A DNA stretch of 64,000 nt from Dehalococcoidia bacterium (GTDB taxonomy: Bacteria > Chloroflexota > Dehalococcoidia > Lucifugimonadales > UBA3495). The first letter of the stretch is position 1; each line of letters begins with the position of its first letter. Under the pieces are notes generated by a model. The model searched no databases. It saw nothing but the letters and a program-made list of their open reading frames with translations, and had not been told where the DNA came from. The stretch lies in contig OZ245439.1 of assembly GCA_965226875.1 (NCBI GenBank), forward strand, positions 3,271,081 through 3,335,080, in the 5' to 3' direction. Shown piece by piece: positions 55,199 to 64,000 of this stretch. Made by a program: the position numbers and the translations under genes.

Positions 55199-56293
55199 GT
55201 GGAGTTCAAAATTGCAGTTATGGGCGGCGACGGCATCGGGCCGGAGGTCACGGACCAGGGCGTGCGCGCGATGGAGGCTGTCGGCCGCGCCTTCGGACAC
55301 AGCTTCAATCTGTCCTATGGCGACATCGGCGGCATCTCGATAGACAAGCACGGCATCCCCTTCACCGACGAGGTGCGGGCGATGTCCGGCGACAACGACG
55401 CCGTGCTGTTCGGCGCAGTGGGCGGCCCCAAGTGGGACGACCCCAACGCCACGGTGCGCCCCGAGCAGGGCCTGCTGGACATTCGCGCCCACATGGGCGT
55501 CTTCGCCAACATCCGCCCGGTCAAGGTCTATCCCCAGCTGGCCGACGCCAGTCCCCTCAAGCCGGAGGCGCTGGAGGGCGTGGACATGGTGGTGGTGCGC
55601 GAGCTGACCGGGGGATTGTATTACGCCGAGCCGCGCGGTCGCCGCGAGACGCCCGGCGGCATCGTCGCCGAGGACACCATGCGTTACACCGAGGGCGAGA
55701 TCGAGCGTGTGCTGCGCGTCGGGTTCGAGCTGGCCCGGGGACGCCGCAACAGGCTGACCTCGGTGGACAAGGCCAACGTGCTGGAATGCTCCCGCCTCTG
55801 GCGCACGGTGGCGACTCGCCTGGGCGAGGAATACCCCGACGTGGAGCTGGAGCATGTGCTGGTGGACGCCTGCGCCATGCAGCTTATACAGATCCCCTCG
55901 CACTTCGACGTTATCGTTGCCGAGAATACCTTCGGCGACATCCTGACCGACGAAGCATCGGTGCTGGGGGCGTCAATGGGTATGCTGCCCTCGGCCAGCC
56001 TGGCCGGCGTGCCAGTGGAGGGGCAGCCCTCCATCGGGATGTACGAGCCGATCCACGGCACCGCGCCCACCATCGCGGGGAAGGGCATTGCCAACCCCAT
56101 CGGCTCCATCCTTAGCATGGCCATGATGCTCCGCTACTCGCTGGGCCTGACAGAGGGGGCCGCCGCAGTGGAGCGGGCCGTTGAGCAGGCGCTGGAGGGC
56201 GGCATCCGCACCGCCGACATCGCGGGCGGCGCCACCGCCGTCGGCACCGTGGAGATGGGCGACCGCATCGTCGCCGCCATCGAGCGGGGATAG
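55199..56293 (+). CDS. leuB: 3-isopropylmalate dehydrogenase
   Basis: KIAVMGGDGIGPEV, FGAVGGPKWD, VRELTGGLYY, NTFGDILTDEAS and GSAPxIAG-like HGTAPTIAG. GTG 55199 with AGGAGG upstream. Confidence 0.9.
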   Translation: MEFKIAVMGGDGIGPEVTDQGVRAMEAVGRAFGHSFNLSYGDIGGISIDKHGIPFTDEVRAMSGDNDAVLFGAVGGPKWDDPNATVRPEQGLLDIRAHMGVFANIRPVKVYPQLADASPLKPEALEGVDMVVVRELTGGLYYAEPRGRRETPGGIVAEDTMRYTEGEIERVLRVGFELARGRRNRLTSVDKANVLECSRLWRTVATRLGEEYPDVELEHVLVDACAMQLIQIPSHFDVIVAENTFGDILTDEASVLGASMGMLPSASLAGVPVEGQPSIGMYEPIHGTAPTIAGKGIANPIGSILSMAMMLRYSLGLTEGAAAVERAVEQALEGGIRTADIAGGATAVGTVEMGDRIVAAIERG

Positions 56294-56311
56294 CGTACAG
56301 GGTCTTTTAAT

Positions 56312-56337
56312 TCCCTCTCTCCCAGAGGGAGAGGGGA
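56312..56337. repeat. CCCTCTCTCCC-loop-GGGAGAGGGG palindromic element
   Basis: TCCCTCTCTCCCAGAGGGAGAGGGGA lies just after the leuB stop. Confidence 0.7.
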
Positions 56338-56379
56338 TGTTTTAACACTCTCTTACAGATAGATGGAAGGGCCTGCCGG

Positions 56380-57498
56380 ATGATTGAATTTTCCAGCCTG
56401 ACGATTGCCATTCTGGTGTTCCTGGGCAGCGCCGCTGCGGTTATCTTCTTCGGGATCCGGCTGGCGGTGTATGGCGACGCCCTGGCTACGCTGACCGGCT
56501 GGGGCCGGCTGTTCGTGGGCAGCATCCTAGTCGCCCTGGCTACGTCGCTGCCGGAGCTGGCCACCAACATCACGGCGGTCAGCCTGGTGTCGCCACCCAA
56601 TCCGGGCTTGGCCTTCGGCAACGTGGTCGGCGCAAATATGCTCAACATGTTCACCTTCGCCGCGGTCGCGTTGGTGTTCGGCGGCAAGCTGTTCTTGGAG
56701 CGCGTAGCCCCGGAGCAGGGCTACCTCGTGGTCACCGCCGTAGTGCTGACCGGGCTGGCCCTGTTGTTCGGCGCGATGAAGCTGGAAATTGCCGCCTTCA
56801 AGATCGGACTGGCCTCACTAATCCTTCTCGTCGTTTTTGTGATCGGAATGTACGTGGTCTACAAGACCCGTCCCGCCGAGGAGGACAACGGGGAAGAAGG
56901 GGACACCGGGATGAACTTGGGCAAGGCGTGGCTGATGTTCTCGCTGGTGTCGTTGGGAGTGATCGTGTCGGGCTACTTCCTCGGCGTCAGCACCGACAGC
57001 ATCGCAGGGATCACCGGCATTTCGTCGGGAACCCTGGGCATCCTGCTGGTGTCGCTGGTCACCACCATGCCCGAGGCGTCGTCCACCATCGCCGCGGCGA
57101 GGATGGGGGCCTTTGACCTGGGCGTGGCCGGGTTGTACGGGAGTTGCGCCTTCAACGTAACGATCCTGTTCTACGCTGACATCTTCTACCGCGGCGGCGA
57201 GGTGGTGGAGGGCACCGGCGTCGGTGTGGACAACGTGGCCATCCTGCTCAATCGCCCGCAGCCCGAGCACTTTCTGGCCGGCACCGTGGCCATCGTCCTG
57301 ATGCTAATCGGGCTTTTCTTGATTCTAGCGCGCAACCGCATCCTGCCCCTGCTAGCCCGCGCCGGCCTGTACGTAATGGCCATCGTTTACCTGGCCGCCG
57401 CCATAGGCGTTGGCTATCTCGGCAGCGCAGATACGGGCAGCGACGACGAGGTGCGGCGGAGCGGCGAGTACGTGGAAACGGTAGATAGGGAGGGGTAG
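56380..57498 (+). CDS. Ca2+/cation antiporter (CaCA / sodium-calcium exchanger) family membrane protein
   Basis: Two alpha-repeat regions: SLPELATNITAV...GNVVGANMLN and TMPEASSTIAAAR...GSCAFNV. About 10 TM spans. Confidence 0.8.
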   Translation: MIEFSSLTIAILVFLGSAAAVIFFGIRLAVYGDALATLTGWGRLFVGSILVALATSLPELATNITAVSLVSPPNPGLAFGNVVGANMLNMFTFAAVALVFGGKLFLERVAPEQGYLVVTAVVLTGLALLFGAMKLEIAAFKIGLASLILLVVFVIGMYVVYKTRPAEEDNGEEGDTGMNLGKAWLMFSLVSLGVIVSGYFLGVSTDSIAGITGISSGTLGILLVSLVTTMPEASSTIAAARMGAFDLGVAGLYGSCAFNVTILFYADIFYRGGEVVEGTGVGVDNVAILLNRPQPEHFLAGTVAIVLMLIGLFLILARNRILPLLARAGLYVMAIVYLAAAIGVGYLGSADTGSDDEVRRSGEYVETVDREG

Positions 57499-57540
57499 GA
57501 TAGAGGCAGGAAGTAAATTGCGGCTGATTCAGGGAGCCTG

Positions 57541-57936
57541 ATGCTCGCAACTGACCGAGTAAAAGAAATCTTCGCCGACGCCCATGAGATGCACGGCGAC
57601 GCCTTGGAGCGACTGGCCGCCGGCGACATCCGCGACGCCGCCGAAAAAGCGTGGTGCGCCACCTTGCGAGCTACGGATGCGCTAATCCTATCGTGGACGG
57701 GCCATGAGCCGGAGTTATCTCCCGCGACTACCCGTGAATTGGACAGGTTAGCGGACGGAGACCGGCGGCTCAAACCGTTAGTGGGGCGATACTACTCCCG
57801 GCAAATGTCGCTCCACGGTCATTGCTTTTACTTGGGATTATGCGACCCGCCCGAAACGATAGAACGACGAATCCGCGAGACTATCGACTACATCACCGAC
57901 GCCGAAGCCCTGGCATACGAGGGCGAAGCAGTTTAG
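57541..57936 (+). CDS. PaREP1-like / HEPN-fold protein
   Basis: LAAGDIRDAAEKAWCATLRATDALI...SLHGHCFYLG is the pattern I associate with the PaREP1 (HEPN superfamily) domain. No nucleotidyltransferase partner is nearby. Confidence 0.4.
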   Translation: MLATDRVKEIFADAHEMHGDALERLAAGDIRDAAEKAWCATLRATDALILSWTGHEPELSPATTRELDRLADGDRRLKPLVGRYYSRQMSLHGHCFYLGLCDPPETIERRIRETIDYITDAEALAYEGEAV

Positions 57937-58032
57937 CTCTACACCACCTCCAGCGCCTCCTCCGTGACCCCTCCGCGCTCGATTCTGAAGATACGGACGG
58001 AGGGGTAAGCCTCGCTCCTCGTGTGGGAGAAG

Positions 58033-58521
58033 CTAGACCTCCTCGCCCGCATAGCTCGCTATTTGTACGAACCCCTCCTCTTCGTCGGACCAAGCAAACA
58101 ACGCCGCCCCTTCCACGCGGGTTTCCGTTATCCCCACTACAAGCTGCTGTACTGGATAGGCGGGGCCATCACCCCAGGGGCTGATGGCGACTTCCCGGTC
58201 GGTCGGCGAGAAGTAGGCCCGGCCGTTGGGGTGCGAGTGAAAGATAACCTTGGCGGGAGTTTCGCTATCCAGACTCTGGTTCAAGGATAACAAGTCGCTG
58301 CCCGTGATGACGTAAGCCGTTTCGGCGCCGCGGGCCGCCTGGGTGGGGTGGGTGCCCGAATCCTGGGCGTTTTCGCAGCTCCGGACGGTCTCGACCATCG
58401 GGTGCTCCGCGGGGCCGGCCAGCCAGCCGCAGCACTCAAATGGGAACGCTCTACGGGCCTCCCGGTAAACCTCCGCAAGGACTTGGGCGGGTATGTCCAA
58501 AGGTGTTGGCAATTCGGCCAT
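58033..58521 (-). CDS. JAB/MPN (JAMM) metalloprotease-domain protein
   Basis: PFECCGWLAG and the JAMM motif HSHPNGRAYFSPTD. Start at M11 (AAGGAG upstream). Confidence 0.8.
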   Translation of the reverse strand: MAELPTPLDIPAQVLAEVYREARRAFPFECCGWLAGPAEHPMVETVRSCENAQDSGTHPTQAARGAETAYVITGSDLLSLNQSLDSETPAKVIFHSHPNGRAYFSPTDREVAISPWGDGPAYPVQQLVVGITETRVEGAALFAWSDEEEGFVQIASYAGEEV

Positions 58522-58573
58522 GGAAGGGCTCCTTGTGGGGCGAATAGGCACAGCGCGGGCTAAGAATGTCCCA

Positions 58574-59044
58574 TCACCCGGCGGAATAGCCTCCTGCGGC
58601 GCGCCTGTCGGCGTACTCGTGTACGGCGGCCTCCTGCTCCGGCGTCTGGATGGAGCCGGGGCGCAGTCGGCGCACCTCGTTGATGGCGTCGGACGGCACC
58701 GCGCCGCGTCTCACCAGGTAGCAGGCCAGCACCGTTCCGGTGCGCCCGATGCCGGCGTAGCAACTGACCATCACCGGACGCCCGCCTTCAACCGCCTGCT
58801 CGTCGATGAAGTCAATCATCCTCTGAATCTGTTCCTGGTCCGGGGGAGTGAAATCGCGCACCGGCTCGTACATATCCACGATGTCCACGTAGCCGCCTGT
58901 GTCTGCGGGGATTGTCCGCGCTTCCATGCGGATGACGGCCCGCACTCCCTGCTGGTAGAGGAAGAAAAGGTCCTGTAGGCTGACCGGCCCCTGCGATCCG
59001 GCCAACTCGTTTTCCAGCACCCATCCGAAGTTCATGTACTGCAT
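58574..59044 (-). CDS. Cys-based dual-specificity protein phosphatase
   Basis: P-loop SCYAGIGRTG (C-x5-R-T) preceded by the acid-loop region DFTPP; 156 aa. Confidence 0.8.
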   Translation of the reverse strand: MQYMNFGWVLENELAGSQGPVSLQDLFFLYQQGVRAVIRMEARTIPADTGGYVDIVDMYEPVRDFTPPDQEQIQRMIDFIDEQAVEGGRPVMVSCYAGIGRTGTVLACYLVRRGAVPSDAINEVRRLRPGSIQTPEQEAAVHEYADRRAAGGYSAG

Positions 59045-59054
59045 TTATCCGTCT

Positions 59055-59420
59055 TTAAGCCCCCCCTCGAAATCCCTCTCTCGAAGAAGCCGTTATGTTG
59101 AATGCCGCTCCCTGCTGCCCATTCAGCAAGTGCGCTACCTCTTTCTCTGTCATCCTTTCCACCGCCACCACCTTGTCTCGGGCCGCATGGCCCCGGACGA
59201 TACGGAGGCGCGACTTGGCGATGCCCAGGCTCGCGGCCAGCAACTCCAGCAACGCGGCGTTGGCCTTACCGTCGTGAGGCGGAGCAGTGACGCTGACCCG
59301 CAACGCCCCTTCGCGGAACCCCTGTACGCGGTCGCGGGAGGCCCTGGACTGGACCCGGACTTTGATTGTGCAGTCGTTGGGGCCGTCCAAAAGTCCTCTA
59401 CTGAGCGCGAAGGGCATCAA
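59055..59420 (-). CDS. DUF167 (YggU-family) protein
   Basis: IKVRVQSRASRDRVQGFREGALRVSVTAPPHDGKANAALLELLAASLGIAKSRLRIVRGHAARDKVV. Confidence 0.8.
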   Translation of the reverse strand: MMPFALSRGLLDGPNDCTIKVRVQSRASRDRVQGFREGALRVSVTAPPHDGKANAALLELLAASLGIAKSRLRIVRGHAARDKVVAVERMTEKEVAHLLNGQQGAAFNITASSREGFRGGA

Positions 59421-59464
59421 GTCGGGTATAGTATACGGTAAATCAAGTACACACCGGAGTTGCT

Positions 59465-60244
59465 TTGGAATACGCCAGTGTCAAGCTATCAAAAGAGCAG
59501 GGAATCGCCACCATCCACCTCAACCGTCCCGACGCAATGAACGCCCTGGGACGCGAGTTGGTGGCCGATCTGTCGTCGGCCTTGGATGACGTGGCCGGAG
59601 ATGAATCAGTCAAGGCGCTGGTGCTGCGGGGCGAGGGGCGCTGCTTCTGCGCCGGCGCCGACCTCAAGTATTTCCAGGACGCCTTCGAGAGTCCAGAAGC
59701 CTTGCGGGGCTACCTGACTGAGATAAACGATGTAATCTTTCAGGTGGAAGACCTTCCCATCCCGGTGATAGCCGTGGTTCACGGCTTCGCGCTGGCGGGC
59801 GGGCTGGAGTTGATGATGGCCTGCGACATGGCGCTGGTGGCCGACAACGCCCGCATCGGAGACCAGCACGTCAACTTCGGCCTGATGCCGGGCGGCGGCT
59901 CCACTATCCGGCTGCCCAGGCTTGTGGGGCCGCAGCGGGCGATGGAACTGCTGACCACCGGCCGCTGGCTCAACGGCCCCGAAGCCGTCGAATGGGGCCT
60001 GGCCCTCCGCTCCGCGCCGCTGGAGAAGCTGGACGAGGAGCTGGAAAAGCTGGTGGCTCCCCTGCGCGGCAAGAGCCGCCCCGGACTCGGCTGGATCAAG
60101 CAGGTGACCCACCGGGGGCGCGACCTGACCATCCGCGACGGCGTGGCCGTCGAAGGTATGGCCTTCGCCCAGTACGTCGCAACCTCCGGCCACCCCGCCG
60201 AGGGCGTACAAGCTTTCGTCGAGAAGCGCACCCCGCAGTTTTAG
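59465..60244 (+). CDS. enoyl-CoA hydratase/isomerase (crotonase) family protein
   Basis: ATIHLNRPDAMNAL, RCFCAGADLK and HGFALAGGLELMMACD. TTG start. Confidence 0.9.
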   Translation: MEYASVKLSKEQGIATIHLNRPDAMNALGRELVADLSSALDDVAGDESVKALVLRGEGRCFCAGADLKYFQDAFESPEALRGYLTEINDVIFQVEDLPIPVIAVVHGFALAGGLELMMACDMALVADNARIGDQHVNFGLMPGGGSTIRLPRLVGPQRAMELLTTGRWLNGPEAVEWGLALRSAPLEKLDEELEKLVAPLRGKSRPGLGWIKQVTHRGRDLTIRDGVAVEGMAFAQYVATSGHPAEGVQAFVEKRTPQF

Positions 60245-60396
60245 TATCGCATTCCCTTCTATTCCGGGAGGATGCTTGAGTCGCCTTCAACCCTATCGCC
60301 TTTCAGTAGAAGTTCAGGTCTCTTTTCAATCCCACGTCTCAATGGGATAGGGTTAGGGCGAGGGCAAAATTATCATGGAGGAACAATACAAAGGTT

Positions 60397-61275
60397 TTGA
60401 AGATACGCGAAATGCTCCAAGAGGGGCGCACCATATCCTTTGAATTCTTCCCGCCGAGGAACGCCGACGGCATTCCCGGCGTGCTGGACTCAGTGGCAGA
60501 ACTGACCGCCTACTGTCCCGATTTCGTCTCGGTGACCTACGGCGCGGGCGGCTCGACCCGGCACTTCACTGAGGAAATCACCGTCCGGGCCAAGGAGTCG
60601 GCGGGCGTTGAGGTAATGGCCCACCTGACCTGCGCCGGCCAGACTGTCGAAGAACTTGACGACGTGCTGCAAAGGCTGGAGGGCGCGGGAATCGAGAACG
60701 TCATCGCGCTGCGGGGCGACCCGCCGCGGGGTGAACAGCAGTTCACCGTCACCGAGGGCGGGTTCAGTCACGCCTCCGACCTAGTGAGCCATATAAAGGC
60801 CAACTACGAATTCGGCATCGCCGCCGCCTGCTACCCCGAAGGCCACGCCGAGTCCGAGAGCCTGGAACGAGACCTCGAGTACGCCAAGCTCAAGGTGGAC
60901 AACGGCGCAGAATTCCTGATTACCCAGCTCTTCTTCAACAATGACGATTACTTCGCCTTCGCTGACCGGGCCGCCGCCGCCGGGATCAGTGTGCCAGTGA
61001 TTCCGGGAATTCTGCCGGTGCTCAGCGGCCCGCAGATTCGCCGCTTCACCGCCCTGTGCGGCTCCAGGATACCGTCCGACCTCGACGCAGAACTGGACCG
61101 GCTGGGCGACGACGATGAAAGCGTGCGCGAGTTGGGGGTGGAACACGCGGCGGGGCAAGTGCAGGAACTGTGGGCCGCCGGTGTTCCCGGCGTCCATTTC
61201 TACGTGCTGAACCGCAGCTACTCGGTCTCCAAAATTCTCGACCGGCTGGCCATTCCAGGACACATCCCGGATTAA
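60397..61275 (+). CDS. metF: methylenetetrahydrofolate reductase
   Basis: ISFEFFPPR, SVTYGAGGSTR, HLTC, ALRGDPP and FLITQLFF. TTG start. Confidence 0.9.
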   Translation: MKIREMLQEGRTISFEFFPPRNADGIPGVLDSVAELTAYCPDFVSVTYGAGGSTRHFTEEITVRAKESAGVEVMAHLTCAGQTVEELDDVLQRLEGAGIENVIALRGDPPRGEQQFTVTEGGFSHASDLVSHIKANYEFGIAAACYPEGHAESESLERDLEYAKLKVDNGAEFLITQLFFNNDDYFAFADRAAAAGISVPVIPGILPVLSGPQIRRFTALCGSRIPSDLDAELDRLGDDDESVRELGVEHAAGQVQELWAAGVPGVHFYVLNRSYSVSKILDRLAIPGHIPD

Positions 61276-61308
61276 CCCGGAATATCCTGGATTAACCCGG
61301 ATTAACCC
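61269..61308 (+). repeat. 10-bp periodic repeat GGATTAACCC / GGAATATCCT / GGATTAACCC / GGATTAACCC spanning the metF stop
   Basis: Read directly. The first unit contains the metF stop TAA (61273-61275). Confidence 0.85.
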
Positions 61309-61331
61309 GGACTCACAAGGTTGCCATCATT

Positions 61332-61365
61332 TCCCTCTCCCCTTGGGAGAGGGCCAGGGTGAGGG
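61332..61365. repeat. CCCTCTCCC-loop-GGGAGAGGG + GGGTGAGGG palindromic element
   Basis: TCCCTCTCCCCTTGGGAGAGGGCCAGGGTGAGGG lies immediately upstream of acpS. Confidence 0.7.
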
Positions 61366-61375
61366 CGTACCCGCC

Positions 61376-61750
61376 ATGCTTTCCACCGGCGTTGACATCA
61401 TCGAAATAAGCCGGATAGCCAGGACGCTGGAGCGGTACGGCGAGCGGTTCCTGCGCCGCATCTACACGTCCGGCGAGCTGGAATACTGCCGGGGGCGCCC
61501 CTCGAAGCTGGCCTCGCGCTTCGCCGCCAAGGAGGCCACCATGAAGGCACTGGGCACGGGCGTGAGAGGCGTGGGCTGGAAGGACATCGAGGTCACCCGC
61601 GCTCCCAGCGGCGCACCCGGCATCCTCCTGCATGGCCGCGCCAAGAGTCGCGCCGAACGCTTGGGCGTGCTGGAAATTTCAATCAGCATGTCCGACTCCC
61701 GGGACAACGCCGTCGCCTTCGTGGTAACCCGCCGCGAAGACCCGGTGTGA
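61376..61750 (+). CDS. acpS: holo-[acyl-carrier-protein] synthase
   Basis: GVDIIEISRI, FAAKEATMKALG and SISMSDSRDNAVAFVV. ATG 61376 inside ORF 61343-61750. Confidence 0.9.
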   Translation: MLSTGVDIIEISRIARTLERYGERFLRRIYTSGELEYCRGRPSKLASRFAAKEATMKALGTGVRGVGWKDIEVTRAPSGAPGILLHGRAKSRAERLGVLEISISMSDSRDNAVAFVVTRREDPV

Positions 61751-62052
61751 ACGAACGCAAGTATCATGAAAGAGTTAGAGCGTCACAGCATTACGATAAC
61801 CCCTGAGGTAGCGGAAGCAGTTTTCGGCGACCCTACCAAGAGCGGGACCTGACCGGCAACCTGGACTTTACGCATTTTAAGCGGCATAAGCGAGGGAATC
61901 TGCAATACGATGGTACAGAGTGGCGGGGAGTTTCTGTACATCGGAGTTGGCGGTCGATAGTGAAAAACCCTCCGACACCAACCACCAGTGGCTACGCACA
62001 AAGGTGATGTCATCCATTACTTTTCCTGGATTTTGCGTAAAGTCGAGGCAAC

Positions 62053-63621
62053 GTGAAAGTAGTAACCGCCGCGCAGATGACCGCCATCGAGCAGGCGTCG
62101 GAGCGGGCCGGCGTCAGCACCGATGCGCTGATGGAGAACGCTGGGCTGGCGGTGGCGCAGGCGGCGCGCGACGAACTGGGCGGCGCGGCGGGTGCCCGCA
62201 TCGTCGTGCTGGTGGGGCCGGGCAACAACGGGGCCGACGGTCTGGTGGCGGCCAGACACCTGCGACGCTGGGGCGCCGAGGTCACCTGCTGCCTGCTGAC
62301 GCGCCGCCCCGAATGCGACCCCAAGCAGGCCCTGGCGCGGCAGTATGGCGTCGAAATCGCAGCCAACCCGGATGACGAGACGCTCAAGCGCCTGGTGAGC
62401 CGCTCGCAGATGGTCATTGACGCCGTGCTGGGAACCGGCCGCTCCCGGCCGTTGGCCGGCCCTGTCGGCGACGCGATGCTGCTGCTGCAACGCTCCCGCG
62501 AGCTCCCCAAAGCGCCCACGCTGCTGGCCCTGGACCTGCCCACCGGCCTGAATGCCGACACCGGCGAGGTTGACCCGGCCTGCCCCCACTTCGATACGAC
62601 GCTGGCCCTGGGCTATCCCAAGGCCGGGCTGCTTCGCTTTCCTGGCGCGGAGCGGGCAGGGCGGCTGCTAGTGCTGGATATCGGCGTTCCTCCCGGCCTG
62701 CCCGAAGAGCGGTCGGTGGACGTGGAGATGCTCACTCCCCAGTGGGTTGCGGATCATCTGCCGTCCCGTTCCCTCGACTCCCACAAGGGAACCTACGGAC
62801 ACGCGCTGGTGGTGGCCGGCTCGCGCCACTACGTCGGCGCAGCCTGGCTGGCGTCGCAGGCATCGGTCCGCACCGGGGCCGGGCTGACCACCCTGGCCAG
62901 CCCCGAAAGCGTCTATCCCATCGCTGCGGCCAAAGGCGCCGAGGCCATCCACCTGCCGCTGCCTGAGGATGGCGATGGGAGGATAGACACATCCGCCGCC
63001 GCCATAATCCGGCAGTCGGAGCGCAGGTTCACCGCCATGCTGGCAGGCTGCGGCATGGGCTGGTCTCAAAGCACCACCGAATTCCTGCGCCTGTTGCTGG
63101 TCGAGACCCAAGACAGACTGTTCGGGTTGCCTGTCCTGATTGACGCCGACGGACTGAACAACCTTTCCAACATCAAAGACTGGCCCTCTTTAGTCAACTC
63201 CCCGGCGATTCTCACACCCCACCCCGGAGAGATGTCTACGCTGACCGGCGTGCCTGTCGCCCAAATCCAGGCCGACCGCGTGGCGGTGGTGCGGGAGTGG
63301 TCGGAACGCTGGGGAGCAACTCTCGTGCTGAAGGGCGCGCACACCGCCATCGCCAGCCCCGGGGAGCCGGTGCGCATCGCTCCCTCCGCCAACCCCGGCC
63401 TCGCCACCGGCGGCACCGGGGACGTGCTGAGCGGCGTCATCGTGTCGCTGCTGGCCCAGGGCCTGCGTCCGGCAGACGCCGCCGCAGTCGGTGTCTGCCT
63501 GCACGCCGAAGCTGCCCGCATCGTGACCGACCGCATCGGTCAGACGGGCTTGGCCGCGTCCGACCTGCTTGATGCCCTGCCTCCCGCCATTGCCCGCCTG
63601 CGCCGTGCTAAACTTATGTAG
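62053..63621 (+). CDS. nnr: bifunctional NAD(P)H-hydrate epimerase / ADP-dependent dehydratase
   Basis: The YjeF_N part has VLVGPGNNGADG and the C-terminal kinase-fold has GGTGDVLSGVI; 522 aa, GTG start. Confidence 0.9.
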   Translation: MKVVTAAQMTAIEQASERAGVSTDALMENAGLAVAQAARDELGGAAGARIVVLVGPGNNGADGLVAARHLRRWGAEVTCCLLTRRPECDPKQALARQYGVEIAANPDDETLKRLVSRSQMVIDAVLGTGRSRPLAGPVGDAMLLLQRSRELPKAPTLLALDLPTGLNADTGEVDPACPHFDTTLALGYPKAGLLRFPGAERAGRLLVLDIGVPPGLPEERSVDVEMLTPQWVADHLPSRSLDSHKGTYGHALVVAGSRHYVGAAWLASQASVRTGAGLTTLASPESVYPIAAAKGAEAIHLPLPEDGDGRIDTSAAAIIRQSERRFTAMLAGCGMGWSQSTTEFLRLLLVETQDRLFGLPVLIDADGLNNLSNIKDWPSLVNSPAILTPHPGEMSTLTGVPVAQIQADRVAVVREWSERWGATLVLKGAHTAIASPGEPVRIAPSANPGLATGGTGDVLSGVIVSLLAQGLRPADAAAVGVCLHAEAARIVTDRIGQTGLAASDLLDALPPAIARLRRAKLM

Positions 63622-63623
63622 TC

Positions 63624-64000
63624 ATGGCCATTGAAGTGTTCATAGAAGCAATTGCCGACGAGTCCGCGCCGCTCTCCGACGCCCCGTTCCACGAGGCGTC
63701 GGATGCGTCTGCCGACGAGGTCGCGGAATTTGCCCAGGTCTGCCTGGACTTGGACGAAGTGCGCCGCCGCGAAGTGGTGGCAGCGATGGTGGAGCAGGCC
63801 GAAGAAAACGTGGAGCTGGACTTCACCGCCATCTTCCGCCAGTGTCTCAAGGACGATGACGACCGGCTGGCGCAACTGGGAATTGAGGGCCTGTGGGAGC
63901 AGGAAGACCGCTGGCTGGTCACGGAACTGGTCGAATTGCTCCGGTCTGAGCGAGGGCCGCAGGTGCGCGCCGCCGCCGCCCTGGCCTTGGGGAAGTTCTC
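63624..64000 (+). CDS. HEAT-repeat protein, 3' end runs off the right edge
   Basis: Absent from the ORF track (open at the edge). My translation from ATG 63624 reads MAIEVFIEAIADESAPLSD...LVELLRSERGPQVRAAAALALGKF, a HEAT/PBS-lyase-like repeat signature. Confidence 0.6.
   Translation, partial: MAIEVFIEAIADESAPLSDAPFHEASDASADEVAEFAQVCLDLDEVRRREVVAAMVEQAEENVELDFTAIFRQCLKDDDDRLAQLGIEGLWEQEDRWLVTELVELLRSERGPQVRAAAALALGKF

Noticed and set aside
61768-62050. A possible degraded BrnT/DUF497-like toxin between acpS and nnr. The short ORF MKELERHSITITPEVAEAVFGDPTKSGT* has AEAVFGDP reminiscent of the BrnT motif.
   Set aside because: Only about 10 residues resemble the family. The N-terminal WD..K motif is absent, and the downstream frames do not give a convincing continuation. 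This is too weak without a profile search.

Overview
High-GC, gene-dense bacterial chromosomal segment with about 60 protein genes on both strands, one tRNA-Glu, and no rRNA or CRISPR array. Most long ORFs on the opposite strand of real genes are GC-driven shadow ORFs. The backbone is metabolic. It holds two LLM-class flavin oxidoreductases, tandem MFS transporters, a 3-oxoacid CoA-transferase A/B pair and an SDR. It also holds a class-IV aminotransferase, a gluconolactonase-like protein, a sarcosine-oxidase-like flavoprotein and a five-gene Opp/Dpp-type ABC peptide importer. Further along are a biotin carboxylase plus BCCP, tandem GMC oxidoreductases, a MetE-like protein, a MaoC hydratase with two family-III CoA-transferases, an enoyl-CoA hydratase, metF and leuB. 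A housekeeping block runs ybeY-dnaX-ybaB-recR-recO, with argC, nth-like, acpS and nnr elsewhere. The repertoire (many LLM, CaiB, GMC and MFS paralogues) suggests Chloroflexota of the SAR202 type, but that is inference only. Small AT-richer accessory islets are spliced into this backbone: (i) 9.1-12 kb holds a DUF433/DUF5615 toxin-antitoxin cassette bracketed by a 93-bp duplication of the upstream gene's 3' end, then an intact IS5-family element and a DpnI-like methyl-directed endonuclease with a 5-bp duplication frameshift. (ii) 15.9-17.7 kb holds a translationally coupled ABC-type ATPase plus TOPRIM-like pair. This is a compact PARIS/OLD-like candidate defence module and my top candidate for a novel system. 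(iii) A tRNA-Glu-adjacent islet carries antitoxin remnants. (iv) There is a HigB/RelE-like toxin with an atypical partner. (v) There is a hicAB pair. Several dispersed palindromic repeat families, a 160-bp MITE-like element, short tandem repeats at gene junctions and an unexplained ~0.9-kb non-coding stretch upstream of a DUF11 surface protein are also present. All functional calls rest on motif recognition by eye; no database search was possible.
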